Below are positions 15,524 through 24,975 of a DNA stretch of 35,422 bases, piece by piece (within the stretch, counting starts at the first letter, position 1; each line of letters opens with the position of its first letter). The DNA is from a virus. Its lineage: Duplodnaviria; Caudoviricetes. The notes under the pieces were generated by a model. That model was not told where the DNA came from. It did not search any database and saw only the letters and a list, made by a program, of their open reading frames with translations. The stretch covers positions 1 through 35,422 of the IMG/VR virus record IMGVR_UViG_3300037524_001388; one strand, given 5' to 3'. Both the position numbers and the translations under genes were made by a program.

Positions 15524-16099
15524 TCACGCCTCCCACCGCCCGAACACCCCGACGAGCGGCCCGGAGACGGTGCGGATGCGCTCGGCGTTCGGCACCAAAT
15601 CGAGTGCCGGCCGCCATGCGGCGAGGTGGGCCTCGAGCGGCGACTCGAAACAGGGGTGGTGGTAGCCTGGGCGCGGGTAGTGGTATTTTTTGTGCCCCTG
15701 GTAGCAGTCCATGCCGCAGAGCAAAATCTCGGAGGCCCCCATCCAGCCGGCGAGCCAAACGGCGAGAGTCGACGAAAACCCACCCTGCCACCAGGGGACA
15801 TCGAAGTCGACATCGCTCCAGCCGTAAAAAGGAGAAACCTTCATCACATCCGGCGAAAGCCGCAGCGCCGCCCTGAGCTCGCCCTGCGCCGGGTCGTCGG
15901 GGTTCTCCAGGAAGCACACGTAGTCCGCCAAAAACCCCAGCTCGTGCTGCAGATAAAGCCCGTGCTGCTTCACCGCCACGATCACCGGCCCCCGCCGCTC
16001 GAGCACCAGCTCCACATCGCCCGGCAGCGAGGGCCCCCCGCCCAGCACCGCCACCGCCTCGCCTTTGCAACGATCCCTCAACGCGCTCGCCGTCTGCAT
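15524..16099 (-). CDS. DUF115/MptE-like (glycosyltransferase-like) protein (191 aa)
   Basis: AVLGGGPSL and SSTLAVWLAGWMGASEILLCGMDCY motifs. GGAGG RBS before ATG 16099. Confidence 0.65.
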   Translation of the reverse strand: MQTASALRDRCKGEAVAVLGGGPSLPGDVELVLERRGPVIVAVKQHGLYLQHELGFLADYVCFLENPDDPAQGELRAALRLSPDVMKVSPFYGWSDVDFDVPWWQGGFSSTLAVWLAGWMGASEILLCGMDCYQGHKKYHYPRPGYHHPCFESPLEAHLAAWRPALDLVPNAERIRTVSGPLVGVFGRWEA

Positions 16100-16100
16100 C

Positions 16101-16529
16101 TCAACCTCCTCCTTTTTTCGCTTTATCACCCCGCGCGCCGCGACGGGCCACCACCCCCGCCCTCACGCACGCCCTGCACCACGACGTCAGCCCGTCCCGC
16201 AGCCGCGCGTCCCGGTAGAACCCATCCGCCGGCTTGCGCTCGCCGCAGCACCGGCAGCGCTTGGACTCGGCAACGCCCCGTGGGTCCACTGCTGCCGGCG
16301 CCGTTCGCGGCGGCGCCGGGACGTACGCCTCGCCTTTCGCCGCCAGCCCCTGGGGGCAGCGCACGCATCCCGGGTCGCACTGGGCGCCGAAGTAGGCCCA
16401 CCGCTCGCCGGCCGCGGCGGCGGCCTTCTGCCGAGCGAGACATGTCGCCACGGATATGTCCGCGCGGTATCTCTCGCAGCGCATCCGCGGCCCGGGCGGC
16501 CGCATCGCTCCCTCCATATCTCTCCTCAT
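16101..16529 (-). CDS. Cys-rich zinc-binding hypothetical protein
   Basis: ATGA overlap with the terL stop. Contains KRCRCCGERKPADGFYRDARLRDGLTSWCRAC. Confidence 0.6.
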   Translation of the reverse strand: MRRDMEGAMRPPGPRMRCERYRADISVATCLARQKAAAAAGERWAYFGAQCDPGCVRCPQGLAAKGEAYVPAPPRTAPAAVDPRGVAESKRCRCCGERKPADGFYRDARLRDGLTSWCRACVRAGVVARRGARGDKAKKGGG

Positions 16530-18523
16530 GCGATGCCCCCCATCCACGACCCCGCCGGCCGGCGGCGGATCAGCGCCTGCCGCTGGGCCGCCGCCTGCTG
16601 GATCATCGTCGCCGGCGCCGGCGCCGGCGGCGGCGGCTCGGCCGCCGTCCGGGGCGGGCGGCGGAACTTGAGGTCGAGCACGTCCGCCGCCGTCAGCGCC
16701 AGCACCGCACAGTCCCAGAGGTGGTTGGGCCGGCCCGGCGGGCACTCCCACAGGCCGCGCTGGTTGAGAACCTCGGAGACGAAGTGCCGCGCGTAGTCGT
16801 CGCGGAACTCGGCGCAGAAGCGCAGCGCGCCGGGATCGCCGGGGTCCACCGCGAGCCGCCGCGCGAGGTCGTCCTTGTAGTACTTGGTGTTGACGTTCAG
16901 GATCCGGAGGCCACCCGGGATGGGTTTCTTCTTGCCCGGGTAGTACTGGACCGTTCTCCAGTTGTGCGGCACGGCCATGGTGTCCCGGCCGAAAGTTGGC
17001 ACAAGCCGGCCGGGGTGGCGGCGGGCGAAGTCGTAGACCTCGGCCGTGCGGTGCCCGCCGGCGTCCTGCAGGGCGAGGGTGACCGCGTAGCGCACACCGT
17101 CCGCGTCGGCGAGCTCGTCCTCCCACAGATAGCGGGCGAGGTCGGAGAGGCTGAGCGCGAAGCCCGAGCGCACCTCCCAGCCCGGCATCGTGCCACCCTC
17201 GATGGGCCAGCCCCAGGCGTAGATCGCATACCAGAAGCCGTCGTCCTGGGTGTCCACCCCGGCCGTCAGCTTCTGCACCACCCCGCCGGCCGGCACCGCC
17301 CCGCGCGGCCGGTCGTCGCGCAGCGAAAGGATCGCCTCTTCCTTCCTCACCTGCGCGTATTCCACCCAGGGCTCGGCCGCGTAGCCGTTCTGGAAATCCT
17401 TCAACTTCGCCTTGTTCTTCGCCCCCTTCAGGAAGGCGGCCGCGCACTCGGATAGCCCCACGAAATAGGAGAGCCAGGCCGGGATGTGGAAGGCGATCTT
17501 CGCTGGCCTCCGGGCGCGCAGGAAATCCCACAGGGCAAGGCCGCTCTCCCGCTCGCGCCACCCACCGGCGCGCACGGCCCGGTTTCGGTCCTCGTCGTCC
17601 CAGTGCGCGTGGCACTCGCGGCACTCGTAGCGCGCGAGGTTCGCGCGCTCGATCTCGTTGGGATCGCGTGCCTCCGCCGGCCACCGGATGCCGCAGCCCT
17701 CCTCCCGCGTGCCGAACACCATGCGCTGCGCAGCGCCGCAGAAGGGGCAGGCCACGTGGAAGTCGAAGCGCGCCTCGGCCGCAAGAAACGCCTGCCAGAT
17801 CGGGCCGGCCTCGATGGAGGGAGAGGAAATCTTCCAGTTCTTGGAGCTGCCGCGGTAGGTGCGCAGGCGCTTTTCGGCCAGGCTGATCGGGTCCGCCTCC
17901 TTCGAAGTGGCGGCCTGGGCGAACTTGTCCACCTCGTCCTGCACCAGGTACTTGATGGGCTTGTTGGAGAGCCGCGCCACCGAGCGCGCCCAGCCGAAAT
18001 AGATCGGCATGTGGGCGAGGCGGATGTAGAGGTTCTGCAGGTCCTCCACCACCGAGCGCACGTAGCCGCGCAGGCGCGGTGAGTCCGTGATCATGGTCTG
18101 GATGCGGTCCCGTGCGTTCTCCCTGCCGGTGTCGCGGTCCGGGTAGGTGTAGAGGGCCGGCCCGGGGGCGCGGTCGATGGCGTAGCCGATGCAGTTGTTG
18201 ACGAAGTCCGATTTCCCGGTCTGAGGGGCCCCGCAGATCACGATCTCGCGCACGCTCTCGAAAAAGCTCGCGTCCATGATGCCGACCCCGTAGGGGGCGA
18301 CCTCGTTGCGCCAGGGGCCGGGCACAGCAGATAGGCTCACCCACCGGTGGCGCTCGGCCCAGCGGCTGGGGGCGATCTTGCGCCGCTTGCGCAGCACCTT
18401 GCGCTCGGCCGCGCTGAAGGCGCCCGGGATCTCGAGCCGGCCGGCCGCGGCGGCGAGCCGCTCGGCCAGCTCCGGCCACAGCCAGGCGGGGCGGCGCAAA
18501 GTATATGCGGCGGGGGCGCTCAT
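16526..18523 (-). CDS. terL: Terminase large subunit, lambda GpA family (665 aa)
   Basis: Walker A GAPQTGKS, Walker B YLVQDEVD, ISSPS, CPFCG, LTAGVDTQ and NHLWDC motifs. Confidence 0.96.
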   Translation of the reverse strand: MSAPAAYTLRRPAWLWPELAERLAAAAGRLEIPGAFSAAERKVLRKRRKIAPSRWAERHRWVSLSAVPGPWRNEVAPYGVGIMDASFFESVREIVICGAPQTGKSDFVNNCIGYAIDRAPGPALYTYPDRDTGRENARDRIQTMITDSPRLRGYVRSVVEDLQNLYIRLAHMPIYFGWARSVARLSNKPIKYLVQDEVDKFAQAATSKEADPISLAEKRLRTYRGSSKNWKISSPSIEAGPIWQAFLAAEARFDFHVACPFCGAAQRMVFGTREEGCGIRWPAEARDPNEIERANLARYECRECHAHWDDEDRNRAVRAGGWRERESGLALWDFLRARRPAKIAFHIPAWLSYFVGLSECAAAFLKGAKNKAKLKDFQNGYAAEPWVEYAQVRKEEAILSLRDDRPRGAVPAGGVVQKLTAGVDTQDDGFWYAIYAWGWPIEGGTMPGWEVRSGFALSLSDLARYLWEDELADADGVRYAVTLALQDAGGHRTAEVYDFARRHPGRLVPTFGRDTMAVPHNWRTVQYYPGKKKPIPGGLRILNVNTKYYKDDLARRLAVDPGDPGALRFCAEFRDDYARHFVSEVLNQRGLWECPPGRPNHLWDCAVLALTAADVLDLKFRRPPRTAAEPPPPAPAPATMIQQAAAQRQALIRRRPAGSWMGGIA

Positions 18524-19281
18524 CCGGCCTCCTCCCCCTCATCGGACTCCATGATGACGGCGATGAAGCTCTGGATCCGGGCGAACTCGTTCAACTGGGC
18601 GTCCACGAGCTCGTGGCAGCGGCGGACGACGAGCTGGTTCCGCTCGGTCTTGTCGGTTACTGCCGCGGCCTCCTCCATCACGGCCGGGACCCCGACGGTG
18701 AGCGCGTGCTTCAACCCCGCCTCGAAGGCCGCCGCGCGGCCGGCGAGCTCGAGGTGCACCTGCTCGCGCGGCATGAGGAGCCCCTCGGCCACGTCGTTGC
18801 GGCGCTTGCGTTCGCGCGCCATCTCCCGCTGCAGGTCGGCCTCCCAGCGCAGCTTCTCGGTCGAGGCCTGGGCGGTCTCGGCCGGGGTTAAGGCCTCGGG
18901 CTTCTCGAGGCGCGCGTCCGGGTTCGCGATGTAGGCCCGCAGGGCGCTCTCGGCGACCGTCTTGTCCTGCCGCATCTTAAGCAGGCCGCGCTTGACATCG
19001 TTGTAGAGCTTGCTCTTTTTCAGCGCGAAGCCCTCACGGTGCAGCTGGGCCAGGACCTCCTCGCGGTTCTTGTAGATCCGCTCCGGCGGGCCGGACGGAG
19101 CGGGGCTTGCGGCCTCCTCGAACGCCCGCTTGGCCGCCTGCGCCGCGGCGATGTTCGCCGCCGTGGGGTCCTGCTCCACCCGCTCCTGGGCGATCTTGAG
19201 CGCGGTCGCCAGCACCGCGAGGTGCCGCTCGGCCAGCTCGGCCGGCGTGGGCGCTGCCGGGGTTTGCGTGCCTTCGGTCAT
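18520..19281 (-). CDS. Putative terminase small subunit (253 aa)
   Basis: Directly upstream of and overlapping terL. HTH-like segment plus the coiled segment EKLRWEADL...GLLMPREQV resembles Nu1-like proteins. Confidence 0.7.
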   Translation of the reverse strand: MTEGTQTPAAPTPAELAERHLAVLATALKIAQERVEQDPTAANIAAAQAAKRAFEEAASPAPSGPPERIYKNREEVLAQLHREGFALKKSKLYNDVKRGLLKMRQDKTVAESALRAYIANPDARLEKPEALTPAETAQASTEKLRWEADLQREMARERKRRNDVAEGLLMPREQVHLELAGRAAAFEAGLKHALTVGVPAVMEEAAAVTDKTERNQLVVRRCHELVDAQLNEFARIQSFIAVIMESDEGEEAG

Positions 19282-19288
19282 GACGGCC

Positions 19289-20767
19289 TCAAGTCCCCTT
19301 CAAAATGTTCTTGCCGTTGATGATCTCCTCCCCGTGCCCGAGCAGGTAGTCGAGGACCTCGCAGTCCATGAACACGAGCTGCGAGATGCGGCGGGCGGTC
19401 TCCCAGTTTTTGCGCTTCCAGTCGTGGTTCTCCCTGATCCAGACCCGCGATCCGCCGGCGGCGACGCGGATCTCGACCGGGTGCCGGCGCAGGAGTTGGG
19501 CGAGCTCGGCGACCGCGCCCAGCTCCTGGCCGCCGGCGTCGTCTCCCGGCTCCCGCGCGGCCGCCTCCGCACCGGCCGGCTCCCCCTCGGCCGCCCCCCG
19601 CGCGCCGGGCGGATTTTCGCGTTCATCCAAAACGCACTCCTCCCGCCGGCCGGTCACAAGACCGATGGGCGAAGGACCGGTCCGCCAGCCGGGCGGCAGC
19701 CCCGCCAGGATCCAGGCGCGGATGTCGGCGCCGGCCGCGTAGGCCTCGCCGGCGTCCTTGCCGGATAGAACCGGCCAGCGCCGGGCCTGGGGGAACGCCT
19801 GCCGCCACCAGGTCCAGCCCTTGCCGCCGGAGAGGTCCCCGTCGCCGTAGTCGAGCGCGACCAGGATCACCGCGCACTCGGCGAGGAGCTGCGTGAGCGC
19901 CGGGCCCGGTTTGGCCTTCGAGGTGCCCATGGCGACGACCGCGGCGAGATCCGCGGCCTGGCCGGCGATCATGATGGCGTCCAGGTCGTTCTCCACGATC
20001 ACCGCCGCGCGGTTTGGCAGCCCGTGGGCCCGGCAGGCCATGGAGGAGCCCGGCATGTTGTAGTAGCGCGGCTCCTGGTCCGAGAAGCGACGGATCCGGA
20101 TCCGGCGCACCGCGGCCGCTCCCTCCGGCCCGGAGGCCTCGAGCAGCGGGATGACCAGGCCCGCGGGGATCCAGAGCTTCTTCTCGGAGCCGTCCGCCTT
20201 CAGCTCCCGCGGCAGGCCCCAGCTCGCGCGCTGGCGCCAGCGGTCATCGGATAGCCACCCCAGGCGCATGCCGGCGGCGGTCTTCCGCGAGATGCCGCGC
20301 TTCTTGAGCCATTTCAAGATGTAGTCGTTTTCGGCGAGGGCCTTTTCGGCATGTTCCACCAGGGCGAGGGCCTTCTGCTGCCAGAGATCAGGCGGCGGCG
20401 CGCTTTTTTCGGGGGCAGGAGCCGGCGCCGCGGGTGCCGCGGGCGGAGCGGCCCCCGGAAGCCTGGGCGCAACGTAGGCGTGCCGGCCTCCGCCCGCCGG
20501 CGCCTCGAGGCCGAGGGCCGCGAAGGCCTCCGGGTAACTCTTGCCGTCGAAGTCGACCAGGAACTGGACGACGTCGCCCCCCTTGCCGCAGCCGCGGCAC
20601 CAGTAAATCCCCACGCGCTCGGAACGCCGGGAGTCGGTGCGGTCCGGCCAGACGCGGAACCGGTCGCGGCCGCCGCAGCCCGGGCAGGGTCCGACGTATT
20701 CGCCGCCGTGGGTGCCGGCCGTCTTGCGCAGCTGGGTCTTTTCCTGGGCCAGGGAGAGCATGTCCAT
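19289..20767 (-). CDS. DNA primase (P4-alpha/CHC2-type zinc finger plus TOPRIM)
   Basis: GPCPGCGGRDRFRVW...YWCRGCGKGGD, IVENDLDA, VALDYGD and GKDAGE motifs. Confidence 0.85.
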   Translation of the reverse strand: MDMLSLAQEKTQLRKTAGTHGGEYVGPCPGCGGRDRFRVWPDRTDSRRSERVGIYWCRGCGKGGDVVQFLVDFDGKSYPEAFAALGLEAPAGGGRHAYVAPRLPGAAPPAAPAAPAPAPEKSAPPPDLWQQKALALVEHAEKALAENDYILKWLKKRGISRKTAAGMRLGWLSDDRWRQRASWGLPRELKADGSEKKLWIPAGLVIPLLEASGPEGAAAVRRIRIRRFSDQEPRYYNMPGSSMACRAHGLPNRAAVIVENDLDAIMIAGQAADLAAVVAMGTSKAKPGPALTQLLAECAVILVALDYGDGDLSGGKGWTWWRQAFPQARRWPVLSGKDAGEAYAAGADIRAWILAGLPPGWRTGPSPIGLVTGRREECVLDERENPPGARGAAEGEPAGAEAAAREPGDDAGGQELGAVAELAQLLRRHPVEIRVAAGGSRVWIRENHDWKRKNWETARRISQLVFMDCEVLDYLLGHGEEIINGKNILKGT

Positions 20768-20992
20768 GGGCTGGACCTTTGAAAAATAAGATTTTATAAT
20801 GATTTCAGCACTGTTATGTCTATATCTTGGACCTTAGGACCTTATTCCCTTATATTGGTAGGTATATGTGTTTTTTAATAATTAAGGTGCCAATATAAGG
20901 GGAAAATAGGTCCCAAGGTCCATCCGTCCCGAATGCTTTTGCGCAACACGTTGAAAAAGCTGAAAAAATGAATTTGGACGATTAGCCGTACA
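20768..20992. promoter_or_regulatory. Candidate replication origin (AT-rich, long inverted repeat with GGACCT iterons)
   Basis: TGGACCTTAGGACCTTATTCCCTTATATTGG (20828-20858) is an imperfect inverted copy of 20890-20922. An AT-rich core lies between them, and the region sits between the helicase and primase genes. Confidence 0.6.
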
Positions 20993-22633
20993 TCAGTCCC
21001 ACCCTCCGATTTTATCCTGGCCGTCGGGCTCCAGGCAGTCGATCCCGTAGTAGAGGTAGGTGCCGCGCTTCTCGCGGCGGAACTTCTTGGTGAGCATCTG
21101 GCCGAAGCGCCGCTGGCTGGGAGACTTCTTGCGGCTCACGTTCTCCTCGTACCAGGTCTGAAAGTTGGCGTAGAGCTTCGCCGCCTTGGTGACCGCGGCC
21201 GGGTCGATGATGCAGCACTCGTCGATCCAGTCCTGCAGGAGGTCCTCCTCGCGGCGGTACTCGTTGGTGGCCTCGCGGACGACGGTGGGCGGGTCGAGGC
21301 CGATGCGCTGCCACTCCAGGCACCCGCGCACGAGCCAGGCGAGAATGCCGGGCGCCTCCCGCTGCAGCTTCTCCCCCAGGCCAAGGTCCGCGCGGCGCTC
21401 GTTGTCGGCCTGGGGCTGGCGGTTGACGAAGGAGAGCTTGAACGGGATCAGGTGGATCCGCTCCCAGAAGGCGAAGTCGTCGCTGGGGGCGTGCGGGCGG
21501 TTGTTGGTCATGAGCACGAGCTTGTGGCTGGGGCGGAAGGAGACCTCGTACTTGTCGTTGGGCCAGCGGCCGACAAGCGTGTCCGATCCGGTGAGCCACT
21601 TGACGCGCGAGGTGGAGAAGCGGCGGTTGTCGTCGGACTCCGAGGCCCAGGTGAAACGCGCCCCCTTGAGGGCCATGATGTCGGGTGAGGGGCCTGCCGA
21701 GCTGCGGCTGCGGCCCTGGTCGAGGAGCATCTCGACCTGGATGGGGTTGGCGAGGTCGCCCAGCACGTGCTTGATGGTCTCGATGATGGTGCCCTTGCCG
21801 TTTCGCCCCTGCCCCCAGAAGACGGGCAGGATGTTCTCGTGGGTGTGGCCGGTGATGCAGTAGCCGAGCAGGCGCCAGACGTAGGCGATCAGCGGCTCGT
21901 CGTTGTCGAAGACATCGATCAGAAACCGCTCCCAGGTGGGGGCCGGGTGGTCGATGCCGCGCCACTGGGTCGGGGCCGACTTAAACAGGAACTGCTCCGG
22001 CCGGCCGCGCTCGAGCTCGCCTGTTCTCAGGTTGATGACGCCGTTCGCGCAGGGCAGCACCCAGGGGTTGAGGTCGAGCTCATCCCCCCGGATCGAAAGC
22101 GGCTGGGGCCCGGTGTGCGCGAACTGGATGCAGCAGCTGCGGCCGCGCACCCCCCGCAGCTTGAGCGCGCGGCGGTGGCACTTGTCCAGGCGGCTCTTCA
22201 GCCGACGCACCTTGTCCCCGTCGGGGGTCGGCATCCGGGTCTCCTTGGCGATCGCGGCGTTGGTGGCCGCCGCGAGCTCGAGGTACTTCTCGGCCACGGC
22301 CTCGACCGCGGCCACGGCCTCCGAAAGCTGGTCGACCTCCCAGTGGTGGCCGGCCCACTTGAGCCACTTCTGGGAGCTGGTGTTGTAAACGTAGCGACCC
22401 TGGTGGAGGCCAGCGTAGAGCAAGCCGTCGCCAAGCTCGTTGCAGCGCAGGCACCCCTTGACGAACGCGAGGGTGACCTCGCGCCTTCCGTTTCCGCCGC
22501 CGCCGGCACCCTTCTCAGCCAATGCGGCCGCCTCGGCCGCGGCCCGAGCCTCCACCGCCTGGCGGATCTGCTCCTCCGTCATCCCCGCCGGATCCGGGCC
22601 CGCATCGCCCTTTTTTTCGGAATCGTCTTTCAA
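20993..22633 (-). CDS. D5/P4-family SF3 helicase (phage/plasmid primase P4 family C-terminal domain)
   Basis: LPCANGVINLRTG, Walker A GQGRNGKGT, ASES, VKWLTGSD, TNNRP and WERIHLIPF motifs. Confidence 0.92.
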   Translation of the reverse strand: MKDDSEKKGDAGPDPAGMTEEQIRQAVEARAAAEAAALAEKGAGGGGNGRREVTLAFVKGCLRCNELGDGLLYAGLHQGRYVYNTSSQKWLKWAGHHWEVDQLSEAVAAVEAVAEKYLELAAATNAAIAKETRMPTPDGDKVRRLKSRLDKCHRRALKLRGVRGRSCCIQFAHTGPQPLSIRGDELDLNPWVLPCANGVINLRTGELERGRPEQFLFKSAPTQWRGIDHPAPTWERFLIDVFDNDEPLIAYVWRLLGYCITGHTHENILPVFWGQGRNGKGTIIETIKHVLGDLANPIQVEMLLDQGRSRSSAGPSPDIMALKGARFTWASESDDNRRFSTSRVKWLTGSDTLVGRWPNDKYEVSFRPSHKLVLMTNNRPHAPSDDFAFWERIHLIPFKLSFVNRQPQADNERRADLGLGEKLQREAPGILAWLVRGCLEWQRIGLDPPTVVREATNEYRREEDLLQDWIDECCIIDPAAVTKAAKLYANFQTWYEENVSRKKSPSQRRFGQMLTKKFRREKRGTYLYYGIDCLEPDGQDKIGGWD

Positions 22634-22707
22634 CGCTCGCTCACACCGCGCTCAAACCGAGGCGATTCCAAAATTCCATTCCAAAAAAATCCCCCGCCGC
22701 GCAAACC

Positions 22708-22754
22708 AATCGCGGTCGTCGAAACCGTGATTTGAAGGCTTGCGGAAGGACCCG
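22708..22754 (-). other. Candidate cos site (cosQ-like GGGTCCT followed by a cosN-like dyad)
   Basis: Minus strand CGGGTCCTTCC...AATCACGGTTTCGACGACCGCGATT mirrors the lambda cosQ-cosN layout. The phage encodes a GpA-type terminase. Confidence 0.5.
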
Positions 22755-22869
22755 CCGCGAATAGGACTTTGGATGGTTTGCCTTTATGTGAGGGGCGCGG
22801 GGAGCCCTTCGAAAGACGGGGCGCGGGGAGATGGTCCGTTCCAGGTTCATTCCGTGGATCTACCTTGAT

Positions 22870-24786
22870 TTAGGCGGCTTCGGTCGTAGCGGTCGTATGG
22901 TCCAGCTCGGCTGCGCATCGGCTGCAAAGATCCGGCTCCACCCAATGGCAGGGCTCGCCGGTTGCTTCGACACACTCGCTGCAGTCGTCTTCGGTGCAGC
23001 CACAGACGCGACAGGCGGGCTCGCTCTCATCAGTCATTGAGACTCGAGGACTGTCCGGTTTTCTCAAGATCTCCTCAGAAACGACGCCGGCCAGTTCGAC
23101 GCCGGACTTCATGAACAGATCGATCAGCTCCGGTTTCTTGCAGCTGTCGAACTTGCCGCGCTTCTTGAGCAGGGTTTCGAACAGGTAGGACTTGGCCGCG
23201 TCCTGGGCGAACACGCCGAATTGCTCGCCGATCGCCAGGATCTCGGCCTTGGTTTTCTTCTGCAGGTATTCCCTGGTGATGCGCCACTCGGTCTTGAGGT
23301 CGATGCCGACAAGCTCGGCCACGGCCCAGCGATCGGCCGCGGTAAATTCGGGGCTCATAACCACACGCACGGCGAGCTGCTGCAGGATGTCGGCAATACG
23401 ATGGGCCCGATGTTTGCCGGGCTCATGGCATTCCATGCCCCTCAGAGCCTGGATGGCCTCGGCAGTGTTGAGACGGTACCACCACCCCTCTTTAGGCACT
23501 TTGAACCCCAGCATCTGCCCGCAAACCTTGTCGATACCCTGCGGGGCGCCGGATACAAGGGCCATGACCACAACGATCAGCCCGGTGGTGTCGAGCGGAT
23601 CCATCTGGCGAATCCGGCCAGGAAGTGTGTCCTTGAAGAACTCCTCCCTGAAATGCTCGCCGTGCCAGGCCACTCGCGGCTTGTCAGCCTCAGCACCATC
23701 CCCCGAACATGTCTCTTGGTTCTCCTGCTCCCGTTTCTGCTTGACGGCACGGCCTTTTTTCGCCAGGTCGCTCCTGCATTTCGGATTCAGGCAATACCGG
23801 CCAGAGGAATGATAGGCCGGCGTACCGTCGATTCCGATCAGGCTGACGAATTGCTCGCACGCCCGGCACTCCGGAAACGGCTTTTCCGAAGCGTAGAACG
23901 ACTCCCCCGCCAAACGTCCCGGCTCTGCGAACATGAACCCGTTGGTCTTGTATTTCCGCCGCAACTCGCTCGCCTTCCAGTTGGCGGAAAGCCAGTTGTT
24001 CTGCTTCTGCCTGAAGCAGCTCGGCTTCATGCACACAGCCCCCTTCAGGTCGTCCAGCGCGAACAGGCTCTTTTGCTTGTCCGTGTTGTTGAAGCACTGC
24101 GGGCAGCCCTCCTGGTCCGGGTCGAACAGCGCACTCCTCAGCCGCGGGTTGTCGTTTTCGATCCGGCGCCGCAGATCCTTCGCCGACAAGTTGTGGTTCA
24201 GCGCCATGTCCAGGGTCTCGGCGCGTTGCTTCTTGTCCTGGATCCGGATCATCAGCTCCAGGTGGGAGTAGTTCAGCTTTCCGTCGTCCCAGGCCTTGAG
24301 CGCCTTCTCAGGCAGCTCCAGCACGGCCACCCGCCGGCGGATATATCCCGGCTGAATGCCGGTCCTCTGCGCCAGGTCCTCGAGCGATCCCTCCCCCCGC
24401 TTGTCCAGCCACGCCTTGAACCCTTCGGCCTCCTCGAGCTCGGAGAGGTCTTCCCGTTGAAGGTTTTCTATCATCAGCACGTCGAAGGCCGCCTCGTCAT
24501 CGAGAGTGCGCACCATGGCCGGGATGGTGGTGTTCTTCACCCCGCCGTTCGACTCGGCGATCGCCAGGCAGGCCCGGAAGCGGCGCTCGCCGGCAACAAG
24601 CTCGAAGCCCTTCCCCTTTGGCCTGATCAAGACGGGCTGCAGCACCCCCTTGGCGGCGATGGACGCCTTCAGCTCTTCGAACGCCTGCCCCTCAAACCCC
24701 CGCCGCCGCGGGTTCAACGGATTCGGCCTGATTCTGGACAGCGGTATTTCCTGGAACGTGCCCACTTCCTTTTTGTCCATGCCCAC
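22870..24786 (-). CDS. parB: ParB/RepB/Spo0J-family protein with long Cys-rich C-terminal extension (638 aa)
   Basis: IRPNPLNPR, GVLQPVLIRP, ELVAGERRFRA and IENLQREDL motifs, then an HTH and several CxxC clusters. Confidence 0.88.
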   Translation of the reverse strand: MGMDKKEVGTFQEIPLSRIRPNPLNPRRRGFEGQAFEELKASIAAKGVLQPVLIRPKGKGFELVAGERRFRACLAIAESNGGVKNTTIPAMVRTLDDEAAFDVLMIENLQREDLSELEEAEGFKAWLDKRGEGSLEDLAQRTGIQPGYIRRRVAVLELPEKALKAWDDGKLNYSHLELMIRIQDKKQRAETLDMALNHNLSAKDLRRRIENDNPRLRSALFDPDQEGCPQCFNNTDKQKSLFALDDLKGAVCMKPSCFRQKQNNWLSANWKASELRRKYKTNGFMFAEPGRLAGESFYASEKPFPECRACEQFVSLIGIDGTPAYHSSGRYCLNPKCRSDLAKKGRAVKQKREQENQETCSGDGAEADKPRVAWHGEHFREEFFKDTLPGRIRQMDPLDTTGLIVVVMALVSGAPQGIDKVCGQMLGFKVPKEGWWYRLNTAEAIQALRGMECHEPGKHRAHRIADILQQLAVRVVMSPEFTAADRWAVAELVGIDLKTEWRITREYLQKKTKAEILAIGEQFGVFAQDAAKSYLFETLLKKRGKFDSCKKPELIDLFMKSGVELAGVVSEEILRKPDSPRVSMTDESEPACRVCGCTEDDCSECVEATGEPCHWVEPDLCSRCAAELDHTTATTEAA

Positions 24787-24804
24787 CTCCTCTGCACTCG
24801 TCTC

Positions 24805-24975
24805 CTATCCCCTTCCCGACAAACGCCTCCCCAGCCACAGCGGCACGATCACACGGCCGGGCCAGAATTCCGCCTGGTCCCGGCGCAGCCGCGCCGGCTT
24901 GCCGGTGGCCGCGAGAACCACCTCCACGATCTCAGCGCGTCCGGTCGGGCGAACGTCCGTGATCGGCAGAGCCAT
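24805..24975 (-). CDS. Small hypothetical protein (56 aa)
   Basis: MALPITDVRPTGRAEIVEVVL... fills the gap before parB in a tightly packed operon. Confidence 0.4.
   Translation of the reverse strand: MALPITDVRPTGRAEIVEVVLAATGKPARLRRDQAEFWPGRVIVPLWLGRRLSGRG

Noticed and set aside
22635-22869. Structured ncRNA or riboswitch in the parB-helicase gap
   Set aside because: Short hairpins exist but no known family could be recognised. The cos-like reading explains the main dyad better.
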